This document shows, in pieces, positions 1 to 14,227 of a stretch of 64,000 bases of DNA (positions within the stretch are counted from its first letter, which is position 1; the number at the start of each line of letters is the position of its first letter). A model generated the notes under the pieces. The model had not been told where the DNA came from and ran no database searches. It was given only the letters and a program-made list of their open reading frames with translations. The translations under genes were made by a program, and so were the position numbers. This DNA comes from the human T2T-CHM13v2.0 reference genome, Homo sapiens: NCBI RefSeq assembly GCF_009914755.1, contig NC_060929.1; one strand, given 5' to 3'.

Positions 1-1816
1 GTTAGCCAAGCTGTGAATGCAAAGGAATAGTTTCTTAAGGAAATTCAAAATGCTACTCCAGTGAACTCATGAATGATAAGAAAGTGAAACAGCCTTATTG
101 CTGATATGAAGTTTTGAGTGGTCTGAATAGAAGACCAAACCAGCCACAACATTCCCTTAAGCCAAAGCCTAATCCAGAGGAAGTCCCTAACTCTCTTTAA
201 TTCTATGAAGGCTGAGAGAGATGAGGAACATTCAGATTTGAAAAGATCTGAAGCTAGGAGAGGTTGGTTCATGAAATTTGAATAAAGAAGCTGTCTCCAT
301 AACATATGAAAGTAACCATGCAAGGTGAAGCAATAAGTTATCCAGAAGATCTAGCTAAAATCATTGATGAAGGTGGCTACACTAGTCAGATTTTCAGTGT
401 AGATGAAACAGCCTACTATTGGAAGAAGATGCCATCTAGGACTTTCACAGCTAGAGAAAAGGCAATGCCTGGCTTCAAATCCTCAAAGGACAAGTGACTC
501 TCTTGTTAGGGTTTATGCAGCTGCTGACTTTAAGTTGAAGCCAATGCTCATTTACCATTCTGAAAATCCTAAGGCCCTTAAGAATTTGCTAAATCTACTC
601 TGCCTGTGCTCTATAAATGAAGCCAGAGAGCCTGGATGACATCATATCTGTTTATACATGGTTTACTGAATATTTTAAGCTCACTGTTGAGACCTACTGC
701 TTAGACGAAAATATTTCTTTCAAAATATTGCTGCTCATTGACAACGTATCTCATTTCCCAAGAGTCCTGATGGAGTTGTATAAGGAAATTAACAATTAAT
801 GTTGTTTTCCTGCCTACTAACACAACATCTATTCTGTAGTCCATGGATCAAGGAATGCTTTCAACTTTCAAGACTTATTTAAGAAATACATTTTTTTTAA
901 GGCTATAGCTGCTGTAGATAATGATTCCTCTGATGGATCTGGGCAAAGTAAATTGAAAAACTTCCGGAAAGTATACATTCTAAATGTCATTAAGAAAATT
1001 TGTGATTCATGAGGGGAGGTGAAAGTATCAGCATTAATGGCGGTTTGGAAGATGTTGATTCCAATTCAAATGTATGACTTTGAGGGCTTCAAGGCTTCAG
1101 TGGAGGAAGTAACTGCAGATGTGGTGGAAATAGCAAGAGGCCAGAAGTGGAAACTGAAGATGTGACTGAATTACTGAAATCTCATAATCAAACCTGAACA
1201 GATGAAAAATTTGCTTCTAATGAATGGGCAAAGAAAGTGGTTTCTTGAGTTGGAATCTACTCTGGGTGAAGATGCTGTGAACATCATTGATATGATAACA
1301 AAGGATTTAGAATATTACATAAACTTAGTTGATAAAACAGCTGCAGGTTTTGAAACATATGACTACAATCTTGAAAGAAGTTCTACTGTGGGTAAAACGC
1401 TATAAACAACATTGCATGCTACAGAGAAATCTTTTGGGAAAGAAAGGGTCCATTGATGTGGCAAACTTCATTGCCATCTTATTTTAAGAAATTGCCACAG
1501 CTACTCCACCTTTCAGCAACCACCACCTTGATCAGTCAGCAGCCATCAACATGGAGGCAAGACCCTCTACCAGCAAAAAGGTTATGGCTTGCAGAAGACT
1601 CCGATGATCATTGTTTTTTTTTTTTAGCAATAAATTATTTTTAAATTAAGGTATACATATATATTTTAAGACACAATGCTATTGCACAGTGCATTTGTAT
1701 CAACATAGCTTTCATATACATTAGGAACCCAAAACAATTTGGGTGACTCACTTTATTGCTACGTTCGTTTTATTGTTGTCTGGAACCAAACCTGCAATAT
1801 CTCTGAGGTATACCTG
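1..1816 (+). mobile_element. Tigger1 (TcMar-Tigger) DNA transposon, 3' part, decayed transposase
   Basis: ORF fragments [47 protein letters not shown] and FKILLLIDN are pogo/Tigger DDE-like. Ends in the TIR ...caatatctctgaggtatacctg followed by TA. Confidence 0.93.
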
Positions 1817-4265
1817 TATATGTCAAGGTTTTTGGGTTTTTTTTGTTTTTTTTTAAACCAGACTTTAAATTTCCTAATAGTGCTCTCTGTCTTTTGTTCA
1901 CTTAGCTGAATTCCTTGAAAACAGAGCCACACAAATGTGGTCATAAAGGGAATTAAATTAAGAGCAAGTATCCATGGTACATGATAAAAGGAACAAGACC
2001 CTTCTTGTTCAGAAAGTTTTTCTTCTTAATCTGAAGATATTGAAATAAAAGTATAGCCAAGCTTTTGAAGAAAAGTTCCTAGTTTTTGCTTTGAACTTAG
2101 ACAAGCTTTCCACAAAAAGCTGACAAAGAGTGCTTCAGGTGCTCAAGTAATACACGTAAGGAGGTGGGCAGTATTAGAGCCCTTAGAATGGGCAAATGTG
2201 GAAGGGGAGGAGGAGATGAGAGTGCTACCCTGCACAGTGAAATATGAAAGTCAGGCTTAATATCCATCCTTGCTCAAAACTGGATCTGTTTTAGCAAAAT
2301 AATAAGATATTTAATTTATTGGATAGTTTCACATTTTGTGGCTGATTCTGTTTTCTACTCTCTTACTCACCTTTCCTCTGAGTAATCCCACCTATTGCCA
2401 TAAATTTCTTAAAAAATTATTTAGTCACTTAACTTCAGCTTTTGTCAGCTCACTTCTAGTATTTTTAGGGTCAAACCTAAGGTTTACAGCTAATAAAGCC
2501 ATTTTCTTTAACAGTATCAAAATAGATCTTTTCAAATGTGTAAGAAATGTCACCTGAAAGGCACTTGAAAAAATTTTAACTGTCCAAAAGAAATATTAGA
2601 CGTTAATAATATTTTATGTCCTAATTAAGATGTACATGTGTCTTTGTAGTGAAAAATTCTGGCCAAATGTTAATTAGAAATGATAAAGATAGCTGTCATA
2701 TTCTCTTTTTAAAAATTCATCATTCTTAACCATTCCTTGTCCAACAATTCTGAATCTTAAAGAATAAAGCATATAGTTATTGCACTAAGAATGATCCAAG
2801 CAACTCTTAATGCCACGTGTCACTATTCTATGTGTTTGAAATAAATAACTAAAATATGGTCTTTGCTTTGAGAAATGCAAGCAAAAATCTTTGGGAAGCT
2901 TAACTGCTTATCCCCTCCAATTCAGCTGAGTTACATGTCTTCTGAAAAAATCTTGTTTGAAATAGAAAAAGGCATTTGACTGGGTTAAATGATGTTATTT
3001 GGGAATTTTGTAAGTGCTGCAGGGTGAGAACACACATTGTTGATTTTAAATGAAGAGAGCATTTTCCAAACCACAGCCTAGTTCTGGCCCCTACCCCGCC
3101 CCTTTCTGGGTCAATCAATTGCCCCCAGGCTGCTTATGGTAAAAATCATGTGTTAAGAGTAGGTGAATTTCAGTGGCTCTCATAATTACATTTCTGTGTT
3201 TCTTCAAAATATCTGATGGATTGAAACTTTACCCTCCCTCTGCAAAGAGATTATGTATTTGCATGCTCCATCTCAACTCCATTTGAGTGCACGGTCATCA
3301 TCAATACATTTTCTGGACTGGTGTCTCAGCTTATTTGGGGGAAATAATGCCATCCTTCAGGCTTTTGTTCTCCTATGTGCTTGGATCTATAAGTAAATAT
3401 AATGGTGCAGCAGTCAGGAGGAGGAACCCCTTATTAGATTGCTGTTGCTCTGTTCAGGAGAACCCACTGGAAACTCTACTGGGCAATCTCACAGGAAGCT
3501 CTCTGTGTGCCAGGGCTTCTCAGCTACATTTTGTTTAACAGCTTTGTGGAATATTAGAATTCTTTTCATTTTTGGTAATAGAAAACTGGCTCAGAATACA
3601 CACTATTGGGCCACATGTGGGCTTTTATCTATATAACCTGATCTAAAGTCTTAAAACCAATGCTAAAAGATGGGGATAGAAGAAAACATTTTGCATTTAT
3701 TTTAGGTAAATGAGACTTGAGACATTTTTCTTCCCATGCATTTATTTGCTGTATATCCAAGTATAAAAATCTAAGGTTATTTTTGATATTTAAACTTTGC
3801 TTGAGAAGATTTAAGAAAATATACCTATATTTAAAAATAAACCAATGACTACACCTATGCATTTTAACCATTTTTAGAGAGAAAGTTTTCTGTGCATAAT
3901 AGCTTATCATGATGTGGGTTCTTTGCTGAGGCTTCAGAAATTGTTAGTGCCAATTCCAATTTGCTTAGTTCATTTACTTTGCACCTAAGTTGTAAATTAA
4001 TCATTGCTGGTAACATCAATTTAGTTGTAATTAATCATAGAGGGAGGAGTAAAGCAGTCGGGTTGCTGCCAGCCATATTAACTGCCTTATGTGATTGCTC
4101 TTGTGTAATTTTCCAGCACTTTGATGAATATACAGGCAAGAAATACTTTGGGAGCTTGCAAGAATATTCATATTATATTTGGAAATATACTTGAAAGCAC
4201 TATAAATAGTTGATTGCTGCTTTACCTGAAGATTTTTTTTTGTGGCTATTAGATAAATAACTTTT

Positions 4266-4310
4266 ACACACACACCACGTGCACACACACACACACACAC
4301 ACATACACAC
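4266..4310. repeat. (CA)n microsatellite, interrupted
   Basis: Direct reading. Confidence 0.9.
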
Positions 4311-4581
4311 TACGCCCTTGCTTTGGATAAACGATATGTTGATGCTTTCAGAGCCGGTGAAGCTAAAAATGGAGATTTAATTGAAGTCTTGGCTGGATGT
4401 TCAAGGTTAGAGAAGAGCGGATACCAACAAATACAAGTATTGATGTTTCCTATGCAGTTTCCTCCTAGCAAATAAATATTTAGGGGGAAATACCATTCTC
4501 ATTTGCAAATATATAATATTTCCTATTCATTGACCAAATATATTGATTTTTACACTATTATAATAAGAGTATACACATAAC

Positions 4582-4587
4582 TTTATT
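4582..4587 (-). terminator. Candidate polyadenylation signal (AATAAA) of the decayed gene
   Basis: Forward tttatt about 290 nt past the putative terminal stop. The hexamer is common in AT-rich DNA. Confidence 0.25.
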
Positions 4588-4874
4588 GATAACTAATAGA
4601 ATTTTAGGTGATTTACAACAGACAAATGACACACTGATATAAAAGGAATAATATATTAAAAATAACATATTTTACAATTTCCATAAATTATGTCTTATAA
4701 CTGCCTATCCATTGTATGAAGCCATTCATTGCTTTGAATTGAGGACAAATTCCACCTACAACATAGAAGTCATTGCTTAGCATGGAGTTTCAAGCTATAC
4801 TTTTCAGGCCACAGCAAAACGATAGTTCTGAAAGCTGGCCTTTGCATGCATTCTTGTGAAAGCAGGGGCAAAGT

Positions 4875-5171
4875 CTATGAAATCCTGTCTTCTGGCTCCT
4901 CACTAGTCTCCATGGCAGGGTGGCTGAAATGGTCTTGTGCTGGGTGTTCTGGGCTAGTGCTCCCTGCAGGTGACTAGTCTTGCTGGGTCCCCTTTGGGTA
5001 TAGCACTGGCATATACTTCTGAAGTTCAAGGTTCTCATCTTGACTCTGGTCATAAGATCCCTGTACTTTGTAGCCTCCTTAGCACTACCTCAGTCTTTTC
5101 CAGGTCCACAAGTTTTCTCTGTACTTTTCTTTCCTCCCATTGAAACATGTAGGATGATCTGAATCCCCAGC
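4875..5171 (-). pseudogene. Putative terminal coding exon relic
   Basis: Acceptor tttattgcag|, phase 1. Reads WGFRSSYMFQWEERKVQRKLVDLEKTEVVLRRLQS, frameshift, then SYDQSQDENLELQKYMPVLYPKGTQQD*SPAG..EEPEDRIS*. Confidence 0.6.
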
Positions 5172-5377
5172 CTGCAATAAACAGGCCGGAAGATATGGTG
5201 CTACCTTAAGTCCACTGCTGAGACAGATTCCTGTTGTTCAGGCATTATGACGAACATGGGAACTCTCTAAGAGATGTAAATGTTCTCGGGCTATGCCCAA
5301 AGAAATGAACCAAATGAGAAAATCTGCCCTGGAATTTCCTTCGAGTTTTGACCTCCCAGAGCAGAGAGGACACTCAC

Positions 5378-5560
5378 CTCTAAAATCTCACTCTTCTGTT
5401 TATTTTCTTTTTTTCCTTGGCTCTTCCTAGTCCCCAGAGTGTCTTCCTCCTTTCACTTCCTGTTTTATAGGAATTTCCCCTTGGTCATATTCTCCCATTG
5501 TCTCTAGGCTATGGATGGTAGTAAAACTTTATGATCCGAGTTTCCCCAGTTTGGCATTTA
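5378..5560 (-). pseudogene. Exon relic (183 nt, phase 1-1)
   Basis: Acceptor cgtag|, donor GAG|gtgagt. NAKLGKLGS*SFTTIHSLETMGEYDQGEIPIKQEVKGGRHSGD*EEPRKKRK*TEE*DFR. Splices in frame to the terminal exon. Confidence 0.6.
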
Positions 5561-6452
5561 CTACGTAGACCAATATTTTAGTATTTAGAAAAGCTTTCTT
5601 TCTCTTACTCCTCTGCATCCAGTCAATAACTGGAGTAGGAGTGGGAGGGAGTACCCTTGAATTGCAGCAAAACCCCTTCTAGGAATACTTCCCTAGGGAA
5701 AGGATACACTTCAAAATATGACAAAGGTATACAGTAAAAGACAAGCCTTTATCTGCCCACGTCCCTTAGGCAGTCAGCTACTCTTGACAGAAATAATCCC
5801 TTCTTGTGTCTTAGATCTTCACTTCCCAGGGGTGCTCTATGCCTTTACATGTTCATATATGTATTTTTTATTTTTAAGACAGTTTGTAACATACTGTGCA
5901 CACTCTTCTGTATCTTCCATTTTTTACTTAATATTTATTTATCAGTATGTATCACTACCCATAGAGCAGTCTCATCCCTTGTAATGGCTGCATAGTATTC
6001 AAATATAATGAAGTAAGATGATTTACTTAACCGGACCCCAACTGGTTGTTTCTAGTTTTGTTTTTTTTTTTTTTTTCTCGCAAACAATGCTGTAATGAAT
6101 ATCCTTCAATATAAGTTATTTTGAATATGTTCAGGTTAATCTGTAGAACAAATTTTTAGAAGTAAAATTGCTGGGTCAAATATATTTTTTATTATGATAG
6201 ATATGGCCAAATTCTTTGCAACAGAATTTTTCTTACAGTCTTATCAACATAAACATGAATGTCTGTTTCCCTTTGCCTTTACTAAGAGATTGTAACTTTA
6301 TTTTTGAGAGTGAGAGGTAAAAGATGGTGTCTCACAGCTTTCATTTGCATCTGTCTTGTTATGAGTGAAGTTGAACGTTGTATAAGTTTTTAAGAGCCTT
6401 TTGAATTTTCATTTGTTCTTATTCTCTTTTTATCAATCTGTTGATTTAGTAA

Positions 6453-6758
<306 letters not shown>

Positions 6759-6981
6759 TAGTAATTTTTTAGGAACTCTTTATGAATTAAGAATATTGGC
6801 TCTTAATTTTGGGCATGCCATTTTACTTTTGAAAATTAGTTCGTCATTTGTTTATAATGTATTTTTATATGCAGAAAAGTTTTGTTATGTAGTCTGATTA
6901 ATCAATTATCTATTCTTTCTTAGTTTTTGTGGCATATTAGAAAAGACTATACAACTCTGAGACTATAAAAATAATTCTCCT

Positions 6982-7307
<326 letters not shown>

Positions 7308-7988
7308 TTACACTTCCATAGTATCATTTTTTATGTTTAAATATTTAATTCATCTGGTCTTTATTTTTGTGTAAGGGGCAAGATAGGGATTGAATTTTTT
7401 TCTAGATGGTTACCTAGTTGTATCACACCATTCATTGAATAATCCATCCTTTACCTTATTTGAAAAATAAATTTTATTATATATGCTATTATGTAATATA
7501 GTAACATGTCATATATTATATGGTATAATAAGATATAATATAACGTTTATTTTTGACTTTCTAGTCATTTTTTGATCTGTCTATATATTCATTTACCAGT
7601 ATGACATAACTTTAAATATTTGTGTAATTTGTTGAAGAAAGTATAAAGTTGTGTTTTTTTTGGTTTATGATATTGCGTTTTGAACTTAAGTGATTAAAAT
7701 TATTAACTAGAGCAAATCATACTTCACCTGGTAAGAAAATTACGAATGACAATAATGTTCTCAAAGAATAAAATTATAACACAGAACCAACTTAGAAATT
7801 AGTCTCATACATACATGTCATTGCTAAACAGTGAGCACGTGGCCCATGTCAAAAGTTGTCAGAGAGGTCTGACAAATATTAGTGTCTAAAGTGGCATTTA
7901 AGAGAACAGCAACTTGGCAATTGAAATGCTGTTTTAACAGGTACAATCTTTCCACTTGGAAGCATACTCCTGATGTTGATTTTCTTAC

Positions 7989-8099
7989 CTGAGTAATGTG
8001 ACTTACACTAGTGGCTCTTAATTAGATTGAGTCAGGGACTAAGTAACCAGAAGAATTTAGCACAGACATTAATCCTTTCTGGAGAATATTAGCCTGAGG
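7989..8099 (-). pseudogene. Possible exon relic
   Basis: Acceptor tgtcag|, donor CAG|gtaaga. PQANILQKGLMSVLNSSGYLVPDSI*LRATSVSHITQ. Phase link to the downstream exon unresolved. Confidence 0.35.
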
Positions 8100-8579
8100 C
8101 TGACAGTTTTTAGAAACAAGGTCAAATTCAGTAAAACATATTAGTACTACCAAGGTAAGAAAATAGAGAGGTTTCACTTTCTGGAGAAAACAGTATTACC
8201 ACTGTATGCCATCAGCTCGTTTTTTTTTAATCAATTAAAGTTTTTATATCACATTTAGGTACAAAATAGTATACACATACAAATGTACACAGTACAACTC
8301 TATATTTGGAGTGAAATGTGAAAGTCCTCCCCTCCAGAGAGAGTGCCCAGAAAGAGTACCATGAGCACTGTTTGAGAATTCATCTATGAGAAATTTTTTA
8401 TTTTTTATTTCATTAGTTTTGTTTTGCATCTTGATTATATTACTTAGTTTGTGGTGGATTTCTTCCCATGTCAACACATGGCTTTTTCATTTGTGTTAAA
8501 TTTTGCATTAACAATTTTCTCTTTATAAAATTCATTATCAGTATTATAATTTTAAATTATAGAAATAAATTCTTATCAC

Positions 8580-9230
8580 TAATTCAGCAAAACAAAACTA
8601 CAATTAATGAAATAGAAAATACCTCTGAAAATTTTTATTTTCATTCATCAAATCTGCAAAAATAAATATGGAGAAATGGACATGCTAATACATTTCTGCA
8701 TTTCTTTTTGGATAGTAATATAGTTAGCCCTTTTATAAAATAGAGAGCTGCCTGTTATTTGGCTGAGCCATCCCATTTTTGAGCATCAGCGCTGCATAGA
8801 TCAAAGCCCCAGAATTCAAGGCCATACGTTGCAAGGCTTTGTATAGCAAAACTCTTCAGTGTAGCAAAAAACTGGAAATGATCTGAGGGTCCATTCATTA
8901 TGTAATGATTGAATATATCACAGTCAACAATGATATAAAATACTAAACTGACATTTGAAAAGATATGTTTGTGCTATAGCTATTGAACTAGGTAGATTTT
9001 TAGGATGGACTTTTGAGAATAGTAAAAAACATGTAGTATAGTATGAACTTATTTTTTATTTCCCATGACAAACATCAAGAAACACTCATACACACACACA
9101 CACACACACACACACAAATAATGTATTAGCCTAGTAAAATTGCCTATATCAATAGTGATATGACTATTATTAGTGATATGATTTGGTGATGTGATTACAT
9201 TTTCCTTTACAATAATTTATGTACCATGAT
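8580..9230 (+). mobile_element. Old L1M 3' fragment containing (CA)n at ~9090-9116
   Basis: gtagcaaaaactggaaatgatctgagggtccattcatta and similar L1ME-type text. Confidence 0.55.
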
Positions 9231-9496
9231 AAACAATTATGTATTACTGTTATTATTTTTAAAAGTGAACAAAGGACACTTAGTATGGAAAAATAAATGA
9301 TTGGGATAACCAAGTTTTATAGAAAATACCTTTCTCTCTATTGTCATTTAAAGTTTAATAATTTTAAAAGGAGAAACTTTGAATGTTGGTAATAATATTC
9401 TAAGTGTCAGAAGTAATAATAATGGGGTACTATATAATGCTCACTAATACATTGCTTTTTTTGTTTAGGGATCTAGAATCTTATTTTGGTTTCTTT

Positions 9497-9656
9497 TTTT
9501 AATTATTTATTTATTTTTTATTATTATACTTTAAGTTCTAGGGTACATGTGCGCAACGTGCAGGTTTGTTACATATGTATACGTGTGCCATGTTGGTGTG
9601 CTGCACCTATTAGGAGATATACCTAATGTCAATGACGAGTTAATGGGTGCAGCACA
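9497..9656 (-). mobile_element. Tiny L1PA (L1PA3/4-like) insertion with 5' inversion
   Basis: L1 3'UTR end in antisense (9497-9608) joined to a sense-oriented 48-nt upstream piece (9609-9656). TSD ttggtttcttt at 9486-9496 and 9657-9667. Confidence 0.9.
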
Positions 9657-9828
9657 TTGGTTTCTTTATCACTTCTTTCCATAAAATCCCTGGAAGAGAG
9701 AGATGTTCAAAGAAGGCTAAGAAAAATATCTCCTGAGTTCACCTTACCACCCATAGCCTTCCTTTTGCCTGATCCAATGGAAGCCTAGAGAGCAGAGTCA
9801 AAGCAGCCTTAACACAGGCCATTATGAC

Positions 9829-10140
9829 TTTTCTTTTTTTTTTTCTTTTTAATCTCTTTGAGAGATGGGATCTCATTTTGTCACCCAGGCTGCAGTGCAG
9901 TGGCGATCATAGCTCATTGTAACCTTGAATTCCTGGGCTCAAGGGATCCTCCTGCCGTAGCCTCCTGAGGAGCTAGGATTACAGGCATGCACCACCGTGC
10001 TCAGCTAATTAATAATTTTTTTTTTTTTTTGTAAGAGATGGAGTCTCGCTATGTTGCCCAGGCTGACCTTGAATGCCTGGGCTCAGGCAGTGCTCCCATC
10101 TCAACCTCTCAAAGTGTTGGGATTACAGGCGTGAGCCACC
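9829..10140 (-). mobile_element. AluJ SINE
   Basis: Diverged Alu dimer with ctcaagggatcctcctgcc; TSD attatgac. Confidence 0.9.
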
Positions 10141-10340
10141 TATTATGACATTTCTAAGTCTACAAGAGAGCATCAAGACTTAGCACTGTAATAGTACAAA
10201 AATGTGTCTTTGCCAGAATAAAGGAAACAGGACTAGAGAAGAGCACCATATAGGTTTATTTATACTTCTAGTGTTTCATCCACTGGAAAGCATGGCTGAA
10301 CAGTGTCTCGATATTTACTTTATCAGATTAGTACTCTCAC

Positions 10341-10381
10341 CTTTTGGAAGATGAGTTTCTTGCCCTTGATGCCCATCCATG
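10341..10381 (-). pseudogene. 41-nt exon relic with strong splice sites
   Basis: Acceptor ctttcttttcctctttcttgctcaag|, donor AAG|gtgaga; open in all three frames. Confidence 0.6.
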
Positions 10382-10499
10382 CTTGAGCAAGAAAGAGGAA
10401 AAGAAAGGTAGGACTTTTGTTGCTTAGATGATTCAGGTTAAAAACTACACATAAAAGGATATAATCTATTAAAAATCGAAAGCAACGATTGATAAGAGA

Positions 10500-10777
10500 T
10501 GGAAATTAATCTTCAGCTACTTTTTCAAACTTTGGGAGTTCATAAAAATAAAAGCCATATTTTTTTCCAGGCACTTTTTGGTTTCTCAAATCATCTGTGC
10601 TTCAAGGAGAATTTAGTTCATATGTCTTTAATTAATTTACACTTAACTCATCAAAATGTTGACTTGTTATTCCAGCTATTTGATGTCTCAGAAATCATAC
10701 ACACATTTTAATGTATGTTCAAAGGTCTTTCCCCCTTTTGGATAAGGCAGTCATCATTAGCTAGCAGTAAACAGAAC
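10500..10777 (-). pseudogene. Exon relic, RGS-box-like second half
   Basis: Acceptor ctcttccag|. FCLLLANDDCLIQKGERPLNIH*NVCMISETSNSWNNKSTF**VKCKLIKDI*TKF. 3' end unclear. Confidence 0.4.
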
Positions 10778-11809
10778 CTGGAAGAGCTTAAGCCTGGTTC
10801 CAAATGAAAAACTAAGGAAATTCCAAGGGGTTTGAAACTTGGCAAATTACTTTTTACACACATGGTTACAAAATCATTAAAGTGATAAACATGAGAAATG
10901 ACCAAAATACATCAAAATCATCACAAGCATAAATAGAGTCTCTAGAAAGCGAAGACATTACTCAGGAGATTAAAATACATATCATATTGAGTCTATGTGC
11001 CTTAAAGGAAAGAATGTCAAGGTCAGCACAAACAGCCCCACAACAACCAATCTGTATCAATTATTGTGCAGAAACCAGTAGGCTAATATTTCCATGAAAA
11101 AGGGCAAATGATATTCTGCAGAAGTTTTGGTGACCTTATGACCTTCTTTCCTTTTAGGTAAAACATACTAAACACACATATCCCTTAAAAAGCTCCTACA
11201 TGTTTACATATGTAGGCTGGAGGTAACTTTTCTTTTCCCCTGGATTGGATATGTTTTTAGACCAGAATATTTGAATAAAATCTATCATGGATTAATGTTT
11301 GATTGTCTAGTTTTACACTTAGCTTAGAGCTTAAAGCATGAATTAAATCTGAGCCAATTCTCATGATACATAAGCACAGACTTTTACAGCCATTTGATCC
11401 AGGAACCAGGTGTTTCCTTACTGAAGAGAGGAAGGAGTTCAGAAACTGCAAACTACATAAGGTATTCTGGGGCCAAATCCCATGCTAGGACCAAAGGAAC
11501 CAATTCATGTCCAAGAATGGACTGTAGAGCAAAGCAGAGGATTCAAGATTCAGAGAAATGGATCAATAGAAATAAGAAATAGAAATGAATCACCAGGCAC
11601 ATGAGATGGAAGTGGATCAATAGGAACATGAAGCTGGAGGAATTGGAGCACACAAGAGTTAGGAAAATGTTCTGTGGTCCTGTGGGGAGTGGAGAGGGCA
11701 GAGACCTAACTAGAGGTAGAAGAAAGTCCACTTTGGGGTAATCCTCACGATTGCTAAACTCCTTGAATACTTTGATTTGCTTTATGTCCAGGGATAAACC
11801 CAGAAAGTA

Positions 11810-12020
11810 ACAGAATTATCAGGGACAGAAGGAAACATAGTAGTCATCTCAACCATGTTTGTAAATTCTGATCCTTCTCATTTTTATGAATATGAATGTT
11901 TGTGGCGCAGCCTGGATGGGTAACATTTTTACCTAGCTATATACCCTAGCTAGTGTCTGAGCTGGGAAGAGCAGCCAGAGGGTGTCTCCTTATTTCTGGT
12001 CCACTATTCTTTTTACTTCA
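11810..12020. mobile_element. MIR fragment
   Basis: cagaattatcagggacagaagg...tcatctcaacc...ctcatttttat, MIR-like. Confidence 0.45.
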
Positions 12021-12139
12021 TCCCATCCCAAGCTAACTAATCATTTCCTTTTGCTTTTCTTTCTCTTCCTACCCCTCCTCCTTCTCCTCCTTCTAGTTTC
12101 TTTTCTCTTCCTTTTTTTTTCTTTCATTGCCTCATTTAC

Positions 12140-12535
12140 TCCCACTCTAACTCAAGATTGAAGAGTAGAAGTGACAAAATGTCATGCCCAAAGCTCAACT
12201 GGAATTATTTTCAGAGGGGTCACAGCGAAGCATGTTTGTTTCGTGAAGTTCAAGCTTATTTTCAGCATATGGGTTCAAAGCTGTAAACCAATCTTGAACC
12301 TTGGGAGCTGTGAGTTGACAAGATGGGACAGTATGTCAAAGAAAATAGGTTCAGAAGACTTGTAGGATGTCAGTTCTCTTTTTAAAAAGAACATTTTGGT
12401 GAATTAAGTGTAAATGAGTCAGGAAACACACGGATTTTATTTCCCTTGCCATATGCGTGGGTTTAAAAATTAATGGAAAAAATTTCTTGGCACAACATAT
12501 TTTGAATTTTATTTGCCTTTTTTCTCTTATGATCT
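12140..12535 (-). pseudogene. Exon relic, near-complete RGS-box-like unit
   Basis: Acceptor cttccatcttccag|. DHKRKKANKIQNMLCQEIFSINF, frameshift, HMAREIKSVCFLTHLHLIHQNVLFKKRTDILQVF*TYFL*HTVPSCQLTAPK..ALGMTFCHFY. Confidence 0.6.
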
Positions 12536-13799
12536 CTGGAAGATGGAAGCTGAGGAATGATGAAGACAATGGAATCAAAGGCAATTGTGAGTTTTACATG
12601 TTTATATAACACATGACACTTAGATTGAGCGGTAAGAACATCTAGTCTGAGAGCTTCCATTTTGAAAGCATTATATTTTTAGTGTTTGACCTCATTACAT
12701 TACTGAAAGAAATATCCTAACAGGTATTTATCTGAATTAATTTTGTGGAAATCAGGGGCTGGACTGTGAGGAATCCATTTTACTGTAGGGAGTGTGATGC
12801 TTGAGTAAAGGTATGTAATTGGGCAATTAGAATAAAAGAGATAGTGAACTGCTTTAAATTTTTAAGGCTTTCAAAAAAATAAAACAATCTACTGGATGGT
12901 CTTTCATATGTAACATTTTATCTGTCTCAGACATTTTACCTTGCAAAGTATAACTAGGATCTTTGTAGAATTTTGATTATTTCTATCAAGAAAAACAAAA
13001 AAATATGTCAGGATTCTCTGAGTCTTTTTAATTTTTTTCTTTTTGGCCAACTCGATGGGGGGACATTTGACAATTATTCCATTGGCATTTTGGAGTACTT
13101 AGTCAAATTATCCTATTTGTTGTAGAAATACTTGTAATTAGCTAAATAAATCTCAAATGTTTTCTACAGGCAGTTTCTACAATCATCTCTTTTTTCAAAC
13201 TTGTATTTGTTCCCTGATTTGCCCAGGAACTTCCAAGAGAATATACAAGTTTAAGTAAATTGTCTCTAGTTAGTTTGTGGTTTGGCTTTTAAAAACCCTA
13301 AAATGATTTAAATCAAACCATTTCAGACACTAGAATTGGAAGAAATCAGAACAAAGATATGCTTGTAATTTTATTAAAATGATAGGTTGGTCAGGACAAA
13401 AATACTCAACACTATTGAGTGCCAAGATGGAGTGTACTTAGAATAGCCTGCCTATTGATGGGGCCAGGCCATGTCACACAGCAAGAGCACTTTACATGGC
13501 ATCAGCACATCTGTCCTTAAATATGTGACTTTTTTGTGTGTTGTTCTATGTATTCTAAATAGAAGGAAAACTGGGCTACATTTCAAAATTTAAATATGGT
13601 ACATGAAAGGCTTTGTTCACATTTAATTAATTTACTGTTTATGTGCCATATGTTTAATCAGACACTGCTTCTATCCTACATGGAGGTAATGGGTAGGAAT
13701 GAGGCATAAAGTTTTTTTTCCCCTCTTCTAAAAGTAAAAGGTACAAATTGAGATGATTTTCTAAGAAATGCCATTCACAATGACAAACTCATATGGCCA

Positions 13800-13995
13800 C
13801 TGCTGTGACACAAGCCCTTAAATGATCACTTCATGGCTCATTAACTCTCAGAACTGTAAAGATAGGTAGGACCTTCAGCTCCAGAAGACAATACTTCAAT
13901 TATTTTCAAGTGCAACTTTCCTCAGATATACTGCCACACTGCCTTGCCAACACTGTTTTGTTTAGAATTTCAGATCAGGTTTATTTTTAAAGTTA
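13800..13995 (-). pseudogene. Exon relic, RGS-box-like start
   Basis: SEILNKTVLARQ, frameshift, AVYLRKVALENN*SIVFWS*RSY. Boundaries unclear. Confidence 0.45.
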
Positions 13996-14227
13996 TTAAT
14001 AAAAAAATAAAGAGACACTCTTAATTTAAACATGCAAACTTAAATCATGAAAATGTAGATTCGATAATTTTTAATGCAACTTGATCTATAGATAAGTAGA
14101 CACCTTTTAGGATCACTCTGTTCAGGGGAAATAAAATTCACTTTGCGCATATGCCAAGTGTATGTGCCTTTGGGAGAGGAAGGAAGAGCCATTTTTACCA
14201 TATGAAGTGAGCATGTGTTTTTCTTAC

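Noticed and set aside
306-1644. Tigger transposase ORFs as an active or domesticated gene
   Set aside because: Broken by many stops and frameshifts; an ordinary Tigger1 fossil.
12540-12592. Possible plus-strand exon ending at gtgagt
   Set aside because: Isolated, contains an early stop, and its purine run is simply the pyrimidine tract of the minus-strand acceptor at 12536.
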